Of a stretch of DNA of 64,000 nucleotides, positions 19,797-29,723 are shown one piece after another. The notes below the pieces were generated by a model that did not search any database, was not told the DNA's origin, and saw only the letters and a list, made by a program, of their open reading frames with translations. The DNA lies in the IMG/VR virus record IMGVR_UViG_2731957577_000001, positions 96,001 to 160,000 of that record; one strand, written 5' to 3'. The position numbers were made by a program, and so were the translations under genes. The stretch is from a virus. Taxonomy: Duplodnaviria > Caudoviricetes. Within the stretch, counting starts at the first letter, position 1. Every line of letters begins with the position of its first letter.

Positions 19797-21746
19797 TCAA
19801 GATAGCTTCACTTTTTGCAGAATTTCTTCGGGAAGTTCGTCCAAGAACCGAGATGGCTTGACAGAAATCAGGCCGCGAGGCCCTTGCCGCATCGTAGTGT
19901 ATGTCAAGAAAAGACGTTTTTCTGCTCGGGTAATGCCGACATACGCAAGCCGACGTTCTTCCTCCAACTCATGCGCTTCCTTGCTACGCCAAGACGGAAA
20001 GACGCCTTCATTCATGCCGATGATAAAGACCACCGGAAACTCCAGGCCTTTACTGGAGTGCATGGTCATCAGCCGTACCGCGTTTTGGCCCTTTTCCTCC
20101 ACATCCGTGAGCAGCGAGATTTCCTGCAGAAAGTCTCCGAGTGTCTTGTCTGGATGGTCTTCTTGATACTGATGTACCAGTCGAAGAAACTCCTCCAGGT
20201 TATCCAGCTTGTCCTGGGCTTCTTTATTCTTGGTGTTCTGCCACATGGCCACGTAGCCCGTCTTATCTAAGACATACTTCACGAACTTCTCGAGATCGCG
20301 AGTCTGGTGGGCGCGCAGATCTTCCAGCAAAGACAAGAACACTTTTACCTTACCGTTGGTCGCTTTCTTGATCTGTTTGATGTCGTCAATGCTCCGCAAC
20401 GCCCGATGAATGCTGACTTTGTAGTCATTGGCGTACTTAATGATATGTTCTTCAGACGACTTCCCTATGCCGCGCGCGGGCTTATTCAGAATGCGAAGCA
20501 TCGCGGCATCATCCTTGGGGTTATGGATCACGCGAAGATACGAAACCGTGTCCTTGATCTCCTCCCGTTCAAAGAACGCAGACCCACCCACGACCTTATA
20601 CGGAATGAAGTTCGGCACAAAGAGTTGCTCTAGGGCCAGAGATTGTGCATTGTTCCGGTAGAGCACGGCGAAGTCTGACCACGCATACCCTTCTTCCATG
20701 ACCATCTTCTTGATCTTTGAAGCCACGTATGCCGATTCCTTGCGCTCATCGGACAGCTCGATGACCTGGATGGCATGGCCGCCTTTCTTGTCCGTGAAGA
20801 GGTTCTTCTCTTTCTGGTTTGGATTGTGTTTCATGATCATGTTTCCGGCATGGACAATGACCTCGGTGGACCGGTAGTTCTGGTCCAGATAAATCGTCGT
20901 GCAAGGGAAGAACTTGCGCTCGAAGGACAGAATGTTCGAGATGTCGGATCCGCGGAAACCATAGATGGACTGATAGTCATCGCCCACGACAAATAGATTG
21001 TTCTGTGGCCAAGCCAGGTACGACAGAAGCATGAACTGCGCATGATTGACGTCCTGATACTCGTCCGCAAAGACGAACTTAAAACGGTTCTGCCAATACT
21101 CGCGGGCACCTGGAAAGTCGTTCAGGATCTGAACGGTGTTCATGATAAGGTCGCCAAAATCCATCGCATTGGCTTCCTTCATGAACTCTTGATACTTGGC
21201 ATAGACCTGGGCCATGACCTCATATGTGGGCGAATCCGCGAGATTATACAGACACCAATCGGGAGTATGCAGAAGGTTCTTGGCTTGATCAATGTAATGC
21301 AATGCCAGACCTTCTTTATAGTCCTCCTCAATGCCCATCATCTTGTAGATGCGTTCAAGAAGTTTGAGCTGGTCGCTAGTGTCATAGATGACAAAATTGC
21401 GTTCATAGCCGAGAAGATGTGCGTATTTGCGGAGAATGCGGACACAAAGGGAGTGAAAGGTCCCCATCCAGATTTGCGCCGCCTTCTCTTCACCGATCAC
21501 CTTCGTGATGCGCTCTTTCATCTCGCGCGCGGCCTTGTTGGTGAAGGTGGCGACAAACATCTCACTGGGCTGAACGCCATGATTCGCAATCATGTTGGCG
21601 ATGCGAACGGTCATCGTGCGCGTCTTACCCGAACCGGCGCCAGCCAACACGAGGACGGGCCCATAAATCGTTTCGGCCGCCTGCCGTTGATTCGGATTGA
21701 GTTCGGACAGCATCTGCTCAATTGGGGTGGTTGTTATTGTGGTCAT
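19797..21746 (-). CDS. pcrA: PcrA/UvrD superfamily 1 helicase
   Basis: AGAGSGKT, DEYQD, VGDDYQSIYGFRG, TMHSSKGLEF, ERRLAYVGITRA. Confidence 0.95.
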   Translation of the reverse strand: MTTITTTPIEQMLSELNPNQRQAAETIYGPVLVLAGAGSGKTRTMTVRIANMIANHGVQPSEMFVATFTNKAAREMKERITKVIGEEKAAQIWMGTFHSLCVRILRKYAHLLGYERNFVIYDTSDQLKLLERIYKMMGIEEDYKEGLALHYIDQAKNLLHTPDWCLYNLADSPTYEVMAQVYAKYQEFMKEANAMDFGDLIMNTVQILNDFPGAREYWQNRFKFVFADEYQDVNHAQFMLLSYLAWPQNNLFVVGDDYQSIYGFRGSDISNILSFERKFFPCTTIYLDQNYRSTEVIVHAGNMIMKHNPNQKEKNLFTDKKGGHAIQVIELSDERKESAYVASKIKKMVMEEGYAWSDFAVLYRNNAQSLALEQLFVPNFIPYKVVGGSAFFEREEIKDTVSYLRVIHNPKDDAAMLRILNKPARGIGKSSEEHIIKYANDYKVSIHRALRSIDDIKQIKKATNGKVKVFLSLLEDLRAHQTRDLEKFVKYVLDKTGYVAMWQNTKNKEAQDKLDNLEEFLRLVHQYQEDHPDKTLGDFLQEISLLTDVEEKGQNAVRLMTMHSSKGLEFPVVFIIGMNEGVFPSWRSKEAHELEEERRLAYVGITRAEKRLFLTYTTMRQGPRGLISVKPSRFLDELPEEILQKVKLS

Positions 21747-21783
21747 GATTCGCCTCCACAGTGAATCTCATTCAGGCCGTGAC

Positions 21784-21975
21784 TCATTGATCACGATGAT
21801 CCTTGTTCAACTCCTCGCATTTGACCATCGCTCTGCGAGCAATCTCAGCCAATTCGGTCGCAAACCCGCCAATGCCTATACCCACTAAACGCCAAGAACG
21901 TTCCGCATAATCGATACGCTTTAAGGCGTCCCACATGATGGCGTTTTGTTGTTGCAACGTATCCATCGCAATCAC
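21784..21975 (-). CDS. Hypothetical protein (QNAIM module)
   Basis: LQQQNAIMWDALKRI is shared with 16708-17442. Confidence 0.55.
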   Translation of the reverse strand: MIAMDTLQQQNAIMWDALKRIDYAERSWRLVGIGIGGFATELAEIARRAMVKCEELNKDHRDQ

Positions 21976-21984
21976 TCCTTTCTA

Positions 21985-22003
21985 CAAAATGGAGCGATAG
22001 CTC
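21985..22003 (-). promoter_or_regulatory. Hairpin element
   Basis: Plus strand: CAAAATG-GAGC-GATA-GCTC. Confidence 0.55.
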
Positions 22004-22519
22004 TTATCCAACCTGAATATCCTGATAAAGCTCACGCAGGCGCTTGATCCCGTTTTGATAATGGTACTGGACGGTTCCTGGATGAACACCACACAACTTG
22101 GCGATGTCGGTGAACATCCAACCCTCCACGTCATGAAAGAAGATGGCTTCCGCCTGTGCCTTGGTCAGCACGTTGGTTCGAATCCAGTAACGCAATGCGC
22201 GTAACACACGGTCATACGTTTTGTCCTCTTGGTAGACGGGAGCGGGAATGCGCACAATGAATTCCCGAATCTCTGGGTCCGGCGAGGTATCGATGCTCAT
22301 CTTGTTGTTCACGCGTTGGTAGTTGATGCGCTTTGCCAAACGCGACTTGGCGTGGGTCCCTTGAATCCGCCACAGTGCGTACTCTTGGAGAACATCATCC
22401 TTGGTCATGCCGCGCTTTCTAGCCAGCGCCGCCAGCGATTTCGGGCTGACCTGAAGGTGAGGGTTGATGCCTTCCAGCGCACGCTCAATGTCCTTATAGT
22501 CCAGAATAAGTGCAGTCAT
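22004..22519 (-). CDS. Sigma-70 region-4 HTH protein (sigma-like regulator)
   Basis: LTKAQAEAI...EGWMFTDIAKLCGVHPGTVQYHYQNGIKRLR. Confidence 0.7.
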   Translation of the reverse strand: MTALILDYKDIERALEGINPHLQVSPKSLAALARKRGMTKDDVLQEYALWRIQGTHAKSRLAKRINYQRVNNKMSIDTSPDPEIREFIVRIPAPVYQEDKTYDRVLRALRYWIRTNVLTKAQAEAIFFHDVEGWMFTDIAKLCGVHPGTVQYHYQNGIKRLRELYQDIQVG

Positions 22520-22565
22520 ACCAACCAGACTCCTTATGTAACCAAAGGGGCCAAGGGCCCCCGTT

Positions 22566-24137
22566 TCATCGTCTCTTGGCGAGGGAAATCAGGGTCGGGT
22601 GAACCTCAAGCAACTGTTGATACAACGACTCAAAGGTCTCGCGAATATCCCACTGCGCTTGTTCGCTCGTGCGCAGATTGATGAGATGATACGCTTCCCA
22701 CAAGTTAAAGTGGGCCACGATTCTGCGCCGATGACAGTTGAGAACGCAATACTCGCGATAGCCGAGCTCTAATATATCGTATAGGGCTTTGGCTTTCTCT
22801 GCGACCTCATAGACGATATCCTCAAGTCCTGCTTCCTGAATGCGCGGTGGTACGGTAATGCCAAGGTTTGCGCTCGGCCGGCTGAACACAAAGTTCGTTT
22901 TCCGGTTGTGACGAAGCAGCTGGTGCCAACTGGCTTCCGAAATCAGCAGTTCCGCTTGGTAATCCACCTGCTTGAACATCTCGGGCGGAACATCATGCGT
23001 CCCCATTTCCCACAAGAGATCTTGGATGGACTCAACCAGATACGATTCACTCATCGTCCGCGCGCGGGCCAGCGCCTCCCGGAATCGAAGGCCCTGCTCC
23101 TGAACCAGGACTTGCGCGATGATGTTCACCATTGCGTGACGTTCCGAAGGTGCCTTCTGAAGGCCCACGTAACTTACTTCGGGAAAATCGGGGAAGTATT
23201 CCGTCGTAAACCGATGTTTGATCCGTGCCTTACTCTTCGCCATATATTCAGAAGGCTCGGCATGCTTGAGCAGTGTCGGCAAGATCTTGGAGATCTCCTG
23301 CTTGAGATTGTCGGCGAGCTGATGAACCTCGGCAAAGTCTGAGTTGTACAGTTTGACAATGCCATCTCGCCAGGCGCGGCCGTTGGCTGTCATGCCAAGA
23401 TTCGTGAACATGGCCAGTGGCAACACGTAGCGCGCGTCTTCAAAGGCGAGCTTACGCAAAGCGACATCTCGCTTGGTTGATTCGCTAAGACTTGCCGGCA
23501 ACAGTGCGTCCTTGTCTTTGTCCTTCAGATGGTTGTACACGCCCTCAATCAACTGTTCAAAGGCGTCGTAGCACTCGTTCATCAGCAATTCAAAGCGCTC
23601 GTGGCGCGGATCGTCTTTCGGAATCGGGTTGTACCAGTCGCCGCGCTTTGGCTGCTGATACCGCTGGCTGTACTCGGTGATCGAGAGAAACTCATTCGAG
23701 AGTTCCAATTCGGCCGAAGCGAGTCGAGACACCTTTTCAATTCCCACATGCGCTACGGCGTGTTCGGCCACGGAACTGTGCCCGTAATTCACGGTCCATT
23801 TTTCATGGAACTGGGCAGCTCGCTCGGACAAAGGCTTGAGATCCAGTGTCCGTCCATCGACTTCAACATGCCCCTTCTCCAGGGCTTCACGGAGGAGTTC
23901 CTTAAAGGACTTGGGGCTTCGAGAAACCCATGCAAACAAAACCGCAACGAATTCTTCGGGCAAGTTGGTTACGCCATAGACATTCCCATCCAGATTCGTG
24001 ATGAACGGAGATAAGTCCACGGCTTCACGGGGCTTTTCCGTCGGCCGGGAAGCTCGGCTCTTGTTCTTCTTTTGCTCCTGGGTGTGTGCCAACCATCGCA
24101 CCTCCAAAAAGATGAGGAGAACGTCTGTCCTCCTCAT
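22566..24137 (-). CDS. thyX: FAD-dependent thymidylate synthase (tandem-domain ThyX)
   Basis: YGHSSVAEHA, EYSQRY, ARYVLP, QLLRH, LRTSEQAQWDIR. Confidence 0.88.
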   Translation of the reverse strand: MRRTDVLLIFLEVRWLAHTQEQKKNKSRASRPTEKPREAVDLSPFITNLDGNVYGVTNLPEEFVAVLFAWVSRSPKSFKELLREALEKGHVEVDGRTLDLKPLSERAAQFHEKWTVNYGHSSVAEHAVAHVGIEKVSRLASAELELSNEFLSITEYSQRYQQPKRGDWYNPIPKDDPRHERFELLMNECYDAFEQLIEGVYNHLKDKDKDALLPASLSESTKRDVALRKLAFEDARYVLPLAMFTNLGMTANGRAWRDGIVKLYNSDFAEVHQLADNLKQEISKILPTLLKHAEPSEYMAKSKARIKHRFTTEYFPDFPEVSYVGLQKAPSERHAMVNIIAQVLVQEQGLRFREALARARTMSESYLVESIQDLLWEMGTHDVPPEMFKQVDYQAELLISEASWHQLLRHNRKTNFVFSRPSANLGITVPPRIQEAGLEDIVYEVAEKAKALYDILELGYREYCVLNCHRRRIVAHFNLWEAYHLINLRTSEQAQWDIRETFESLYQQLLEVHPTLISLAKRR

Positions 24138-24155
24138 TGGGTCTCAGTCTGCTCT

Positions 24156-24464
24156 TTAGGTCACGATGCGGACAGGGATCGGAATGAAGTTGTATCCGCC
24201 AAGACCCAGGCTCCTTGCAATGGAACTCGCATGCTCCATCTGACCCAACGCAACCTTGCTCTGGATCCCCAGATCCCGCGGCAGGCCTTTGAGCAGCGAG
24301 GCCTCCGATTGAAACTTCATGGGTTTGACCCCGGTTTTGATGTGCCCCTTGGACGCTGGTCGCGACGCAGTCATTCCGTTCATCTGACGAAACCGACCTT
24401 CGGAGATGAATTGAATGGCCTCTCTCGCATCGGCTCCATAGTGAAACAACGCCACAACCATCAC
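24156..24464 (-). CDS. Hypothetical protein
   Basis: AAGGAGG RBS. Confidence 0.65.
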   Translation of the reverse strand: MMVVALFHYGADAREAIQFISEGRFRQMNGMTASRPASKGHIKTGVKPMKFQSEASLLKGLPRDLGIQSKVALGQMEHASSIARSLGLGGYNFIPIPVRIVT

Positions 24465-24480
24465 CTCCTTTCAGGAGGCG

Positions 24481-24696
24481 TTAGTTCAAGTCGTTAAACA
24501 CCGAAACGCTCGGGCCATCATCGTAATACTCCGGTTTCTTACCGGCCTCGACGAGCTGGCCGCCAGCCTGAGACAGGTGCAGTTCAATGTCCCGAGTCAC
24601 TTCTGTACAACTCGTGCCCTGTCCACCAATGACTTCGAACTTCACGCCGCCGCCTTTCGGAATCGTAAACTTCACCTTGTGCTCCTGCATGATCAT
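24481..24696 (-). CDS. DUF2997-family protein
   Basis: F.I...G.V..EV.G..G.SC..T..IE..L...KPEYY pattern. Confidence 0.8.
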   Translation of the reverse strand: MIMQEHKVKFTIPKGGGVKFEVIGGQGTSCTEVTRDIELHLSQAGGQLVEAGKKPEYYDDGPSVSVFNDLN

Positions 24697-24717
24697 GATC
24701 CTCCTCTATAGCTCCAT

Positions 24718-24915
24718 TCATGCTACGGCCACACGCAGCCGGTATCCTTGACTACGAAGCGCAGACACGGTTTTGACAACGTCCTGAAGGAAGCTGCATT
24801 CAATCACGGCATCCAGAGAACCGTCGAGATACGTGGCCACACGATAGCCCGAGAGAAACGGACTCCCGTGTGGCGTAATCACGCAGTATTCCTTGAGTTC
24901 TTCAAAGGCGAGCAT
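24718..24915 (-). CDS. Hypothetical protein
   Basis: Directly follows the DUF1257 gene. Confidence 0.6.
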   Translation of the reverse strand: MLAFEELKEYCVITPHGSPFLSGYRVATYLDGSLDAVIECSFLQDVVKTVSALRSQGYRLRVAVA

Positions 24916-25302
24916 TTATGCCCACTGCGTAGCTAGAATTTCAATCTCGCCGTTCTCGTTGACCGTGATGTCTTCCTCCCGTACGTTCCAACGGTTCTGT
25001 TCGCAAATGTCCAAGACTCGATACTTGTCATGAAGCTGAGCGACCGTGCCGGTGAACGCCTTCTCACCCCACGGCATCCGGAACCAGTCGGCAATCAGTT
25101 CATACTCCCCGGATTCTTTCTTGTTGAACCCAATGGGAAGCAGTTTTCCGTTACGAACAACGGCCAGTTCTACACGCCGACGGTCGCCATACCCGGTATC
25201 GATGACCTGATCCTTTCTGAGTCCCAGACCCATCTCTTCCAGCGCTTTGGTCAGATACGCCTCATTGTTCACCGGACAGGCATAGGTCGCAAAATGACTC
25301 AT
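24916..25302 (-). CDS. DUF1257 (Ycf35-like) protein
   Basis: MSHF...L.KAL..MG...IGF...YELIADW pattern. Confidence 0.82.
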   Translation of the reverse strand: MSHFATYACPVNNEAYLTKALEEMGLGLRKDQVIDTGYGDRRRVELAVVRNGKLLPIGFNKKESGEYELIADWFRMPWGEKAFTGTVAQLHDKYRVLDICEQNRWNVREEDITVNENGEIEILATQWA

Positions 25303-25375
25303 AGAAAACCCCTCTTTTCATGTATGGATTTTGCCCCACGAGATCGAAAAGAACTGCTGGGTTTATTGTAGGGCA

Positions 25376-25762
25376 TTACAATCGGCCTGTAAAGTACGTT
25401 TTTGCAATGTTTCTGAGTAATTCCACGCGTTTTTTCTGGATTTCAACGACTTGGTTATAGACACTCTCGGGCATCTGATCGAGTTCCTCTTGGGTATAGT
25501 TCTTCTCGATCAAGGTCCGGAGACTCTTGAGACTGTGCTGCATGAACTCTTCAAAGTGCGGCGCCAAGATGAGGCGATACACATGAAGATGTCCCACGCG
25601 TTTCTTGAAGTCCTCCAGCAGTTGCTCAAACTCAGCCACCTCATCCATCGCGAAGTCGATGGCTCGCTGGAACTTTTGCTTCTTGTCCAGATCCTCCTCG
25701 AGTTGAAGGTTCTTGGACACAAAGGCATAGGCTTTTTGTCGCTCGACCTCTTTGTCGTACAT
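25376..25762 (-). CDS. Hypothetical helical protein
   Basis: AGGAGG RBS. Confidence 0.65.
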   Translation of the reverse strand: MYDKEVERQKAYAFVSKNLQLEEDLDKKQKFQRAIDFAMDEVAEFEQLLEDFKKRVGHLHVYRLILAPHFEEFMQHSLKSLRTLIEKNYTQEELDQMPESVYNQVVEIQKKRVELLRNIAKTYFTGRL

Positions 25763-25772
25763 GAGTTACCTC

Positions 25773-27395
25773 CTAGTCTGCGATGTCCAAATCTCCCAGG
25801 TCGATCACGCGCAGCCGCGGCTTGCTCCCTCCCTTGTACTCTCCATGAAGGAGTCGATGTTCATGACTGGAAGCGCACTTGGCGCTCGTCTTGGCCCATT
25901 CACGAAGATCCGACAAGAGCTGCGGATTGCGCTTGGCCAGCGGAACGGTCTTCTGGATTTGTTCGCGGATGTCCTCTATGAGGATGTGGTGAGATGGGCG
26001 TTCTCCCTTTCGGAAAGACGCATAGGCCCTTCGGCCGGCTTCGGAGACTACCGATTCAATTTCAGCACCGGAGAAGTCCTCCATTTCCTTCGCCAGCTTG
26101 TCGATGGTTTCCTCATCGAATACACCCGGCTCCGCCGTATCACCGACCTGATAACCTCGCTTGATCAAATGAATCTTGAGGATCTCCTTGCGTTCATCCA
26201 GATGTGGCAAGGATACAAAGAAGACCTCATCAAATCGGCCGGCACGGGTGAGTTCCGGCGGCAGCTTTGTGACGTCATTCGCAGTGGCGATGACAAAGAC
26301 GGGCGCCGTCTTTTCCGAGAGCCAAGTCAAGATGGACTGAACCACGCGGGAAAGTGTACCGGAGTCGGAACGATCCGAGCTTCCCATACCGGCCAATCCC
26401 TTTTCCATCTCGTCAATCCAAAGCACACATGGGCTGACATCCTCCGCCAGCTTCAAGGCACGGTCAATGTTCTTTTCAGACTGACCGACGCGAGAATCCA
26501 TGATGGAACCCATGTTCATCTTCAAGAGAGGCAAGTTCCACATGTGTGCGACGGAACGAGCGGCCAGCGATTTACCGGTACCCGGAAAGCCGACCATGAT
26601 GCAGCCACGAACCGGATCCACGTTGTAGTTGCGGGCTTCGGGATCAAACGAATAGTACGCGTCCCGGAACCAATCCTTGACGATGTCCATCCCACCCACT
26701 TGATCCATATCGCCGAGCTTGGTGATGTATTCAAGCAAACCCGTCTTGCGGATGACCTGTTCCTTTTCGGCCACGATCTCCGAGAGGACAATCCGCTTAT
26801 TCTTCGCAACGGACTTCTTCAAGACATTCGTGATCTCCATCTCGGTCATCCCGACCAAGGAGTGAATCAGCGCTTCCCGTTCACGCCCTTCTGGTACCGG
26901 AAGCTCGCGCATCCGGAGATAATTCTCCATCGCTTCCAGTTGCTCAATCACTTGCTCTCGGGTCGGCAACTCGTATTTGACTACCGTCACCAGTTTCTCC
27001 AACTCCATTGGGATGTTATAGGAGTTGGGAGCGGTCACGATGATGGGCTTGTACACTTTATCGGGCAACTCCAGAACGTCTCGAAACTTGCGTTTGACCT
27101 GTGGATTGCTCCACAGATCATGAAAGTCCTTGAGGATATAAACGGCTTGCTCGGTAGAATTTTGAATCCGGTCCAGGATCAGAACGGGGTCAAACATCTT
27201 TTCGGCTTGCTCCCCGGTAATCAGATCCACAAGGCCTGCGGTTATCGTCCAGTAGTACCCTTGATAGGACTTGAGTTCGATGAGCGACTTCATATCCTGC
27301 TGAAACCGATCTTCCTCATAAGTCGTCACCAGGATCATGCGGCGCCGGCTGTTCATCAGCATACTGATTTCCTGCATCCCTGTCAGTTGACTCAT
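25773..27395 (-). CDS. Ycf46-like AAA+ ATPase
   Basis: T.EEDR N-domain, LKDFH, GFPGTGKS, WIDEMEK, RAGRFD, FSGAEIE. Confidence 0.9.
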   Translation of the reverse strand: MSQLTGMQEISMLMNSRRRMILVTTYEEDRFQQDMKSLIELKSYQGYYWTITAGLVDLITGEQAEKMFDPVLILDRIQNSTEQAVYILKDFHDLWSNPQVKRKFRDVLELPDKVYKPIIVTAPNSYNIPMELEKLVTVVKYELPTREQVIEQLEAMENYLRMRELPVPEGREREALIHSLVGMTEMEITNVLKKSVAKNKRIVLSEIVAEKEQVIRKTGLLEYITKLGDMDQVGGMDIVKDWFRDAYYSFDPEARNYNVDPVRGCIMVGFPGTGKSLAARSVAHMWNLPLLKMNMGSIMDSRVGQSEKNIDRALKLAEDVSPCVLWIDEMEKGLAGMGSSDRSDSGTLSRVVQSILTWLSEKTAPVFVIATANDVTKLPPELTRAGRFDEVFFVSLPHLDERKEILKIHLIKRGYQVGDTAEPGVFDEETIDKLAKEMEDFSGAEIESVVSEAGRRAYASFRKGERPSHHILIEDIREQIQKTVPLAKRNPQLLSDLREWAKTSAKCASSHEHRLLHGEYKGGSKPRLRVIDLGDLDIAD

Positions 27396-27682
27396 CCGTT
27401 TCTACGCCCCCAGTCGTACGTAATGTTGGTCGCGCCAATGGCTGCAAGTTTGTCGCGGATTTCCCGGACAAACGGCTCCCAAGAACCACAACCCGGCCAG
27501 CGGCTTAATGGCGGCATGGCATACCACACGCCTTTATACTGAAAGACAAACTTCGCACCCGTTACATAAGCGCCTACGTCGCCATACGCATTGGCTTTTC
27601 GGGCCCACTCACTCTGGATGGCCTTCAGTTCAACCGGCACATCGGCGTGTGGACCCATGTAGATCGCGTTGACAGTTGGCAT
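27392..27682 (-). CDS. Hypothetical protein
   Basis: ATGA overlap with the AAA gene. Confidence 0.65.
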   Translation of the reverse strand: MPTVNAIYMGPHADVPVELKAIQSEWARKANAYGDVGAYVTGAKFVFQYKGVWYAMPPLSRWPGCGSWEPFVREIRDKLAAIGATNITYDWGRRNG

Positions 27683-27703
27683 CGTACCCCTCCATGAAGC
27701 CAG

Positions 27704-28648
27704 TCACAGATCCAAATCGATGTCGGCAAACTTGCTGACCAGCGCCGCCTTCTTGGCTTGCTCGGCACTCTCCTTGAGGATATCCTGGCGGCTCGCTGTA
27801 AACCGAGTGAGATATTCACTGTACATGAAATCATTTTTCGACACGGAGAGCAATTCGGACTTAATGTTGTCCGCCTGAACCGCAACCGAATAGCGGTCAT
27901 GATTCTCGTCCCACGGTTCCGGCTTGATGGTGAACTGTTCCATCCGTAAATGGGTCAATCCCAAATCCGATGTGCTTGTCTTCGCATTCTCCATTAACTC
28001 CATGCGATAAATCATCATGTCCTCCAACGAGTAGAACACAAATTCAAAGCGTTGTGGCTTCAACAGGTCGGAGACCGAACGAACCGTGAGGTTGATGTCG
28101 AGTATATCCAGATAAGTGTTCGATTTCACCACCCAGTCTATGTGGTACTCAAGACCCTCAAAGGTACCGACATTCTGGTTGGCCTTCATGTCCGTAATGA
28201 TGCCGATTCCCTTTGTTCTCCGATACGTCACCCCGACTCGAGCCGGGTACCGGCCCTGTTGCCAGCAGTTCGACACATAGGTGTCCAGAAGAGTATCGAC
28301 CGCTTGACGGTACTCCGACGTGGATTCCAGGCGCTCATTCTTACCCTCATAGTGAAGGCGCGCCATAATCTGTTCGAACTCTTCCAGTTCAAACGTATGG
28401 TCAAGCACGTCATCCTGGACCTTCGCGCGGAGAACCACAGTCTGCTCATCATACTTCTCGGGATCCGTGAGAAGCTGCATCGGAATCGAGAGATACTCAA
28501 TGGGATTTAAGATCACCAGTGACTCATTCTCCAGCTTGATCTTCGGTAACAACGACAGGTCAACATAGTCCATCTCGCCTGGATTCGTCGGGTTCGGGAT
28601 GGGCATCTCACTCAAGCCTCCTTGTGTCAAAGTCAAGATGAGCGTCAT
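27704..28648 (-). CDS. Hypothetical protein (about 300 aa)
   Basis: Long ORF; likely start MPIPNP. Confidence 0.7.
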   Translation of the reverse strand: MTLILTLTQGGLSEMPIPNPTNPGEMDYVDLSLLPKIKLENESLVILNPIEYLSIPMQLLTDPEKYDEQTVVLRAKVQDDVLDHTFELEEFEQIMARLHYEGKNERLESTSEYRQAVDTLLDTYVSNCWQQGRYPARVGVTYRRTKGIGIITDMKANQNVGTFEGLEYHIDWVVKSNTYLDILDINLTVRSVSDLLKPQRFEFVFYSLEDMMIYRMELMENAKTSTSDLGLTHLRMEQFTIKPEPWDENHDRYSVAVQADNIKSELLSVSKNDFMYSEYLTRFTASRQDILKESAEQAKKAALVSKFADIDLDL

Positions 28649-28881
28649 TCGTTGATCGTTGCGAGCATTTCCTTGAGCCGATGGATGTACGCCTCAAGGG
28701 CATCGATGCACTCAAGCGGAATGGTGATCCCAGTGCCCTGGTATCCGCCTCGGGGACCAATCTTCTCGATTTCGAGCCAAAGACCTTCCCCCTCATCAAA
28801 CTGCATGACGAAACGCTCCGAGTTTGCGGCACCGGGTGAACCTTTGAGCTGGACGCATTCCCGATACGACAGAAAAGACAT
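28645..28881 (-). CDS. Hypothetical protein
   Basis: Coupled ORF. Confidence 0.6.
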   Translation of the reverse strand: MSFLSYRECVQLKGSPGAANSERFVMQFDEGEGLWLEIEKIGPRGGYQGTGITIPLECIDALEAYIHRLKEMLATINE

Positions 28882-29723
28882 TATGCACCTCCAAAGATCT
28901 TCATGTACTCGTCTCGTTCCACAAAGCGCTGTTCACAATCCTCATCACAAAAGTGCATAGAGTCATCCAGAAGCGCATGGCCACAACAACGGCACGTCTT
29001 TTGGCAGGCCATCCTGCGGTTGTATTCATCGGCATAGAGCATCTCAAAGTGCTGACCGCTTGGGTCACGACGCAGGCTCTCGGCCGCATAGATGACTCGC
29101 TGATTGGCGGAGCCAATGAACATGCCTTCATCCATCGTCGGGGACACCGGAAGGCGCTTGTCATGTTGATAGTCCCCATCCACCAGCATGTCTACGTACT
29201 TGAGCAGTTCAAGAATCTCATCAGGTGTGGCGATTTGATACCGCGATCTGTCCTCTGTCCAACTGCTGCTGTACACCTGGAGTGCTTCATGAACCTCTGG
29301 TCCGTCACACGCGCGAGGAACGAAGACAATGCCATTGCGCAAGAGATTCTCCAGCACATACGCGGTATAGATGACGATATGAAACTTCGGATCAAGTTCC
29401 TTCAGCCGCCTGCAGACCTTGATGAGATTGCGCGTCTGAAGCAGGGGCTCTCCACCGCAGAACGTCACCTGACGATTCCATGCATCCCGAACGATGAAGT
29501 CCACTACTTCATCCACCGTCATTTCGCGTCTCGGGCCGCCAAACTCCCACGTGGTCGGGTTAAAGCAGCCTTGGCACGGATTGACGATGCCCCGGATGCA
29601 GCCTTTCAGGAAAAGCTCCAGACGCTTGCCTGGGCCCGCGGTCCTTGCATCTTTGGTGATGCCAATGAACCACAATCGATCACGGTCTGTCATGCACATC
29701 ACCACTAGGCATTCTTTTTCCAC
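28881..29723 (-). CDS. NrdG-like radical SAM (4Fe-4S single-cluster) protein
   Basis: GPG.R..LFLKGC(x6)CQGCFNPTTW, TFCGGEP, DMLVDG.Y, GSANQR. Confidence 0.85.
   Translation of the reverse strand: MEKECLVVMCMTDRDRLWFIGITKDARTAGPGKRLELFLKGCIRGIVNPCQGCFNPTTWEFGGPRREMTVDEVVDFIVRDAWNRQVTFCGGEPLLQTRNLIKVCRRLKELDPKFHIVIYTAYVLENLLRNGIVFVPRACDGPEVHEALQVYSSSWTEDRSRYQIATPDEILELLKYVDMLVDGDYQHDKRLPVSPTMDEGMFIGSANQRVIYAAESLRRDPSGQHFEMLYADEYNRRMACQKTCRCCGHALLDDSMHFCDEDCEQRFVERDEYMKIFGGA

Noticed and set aside
28881-29723. Calling the gene nrdG
   Set aside because: There is no nrdD in the window and the Cys spacing is atypical, so it is left as NrdG-like.
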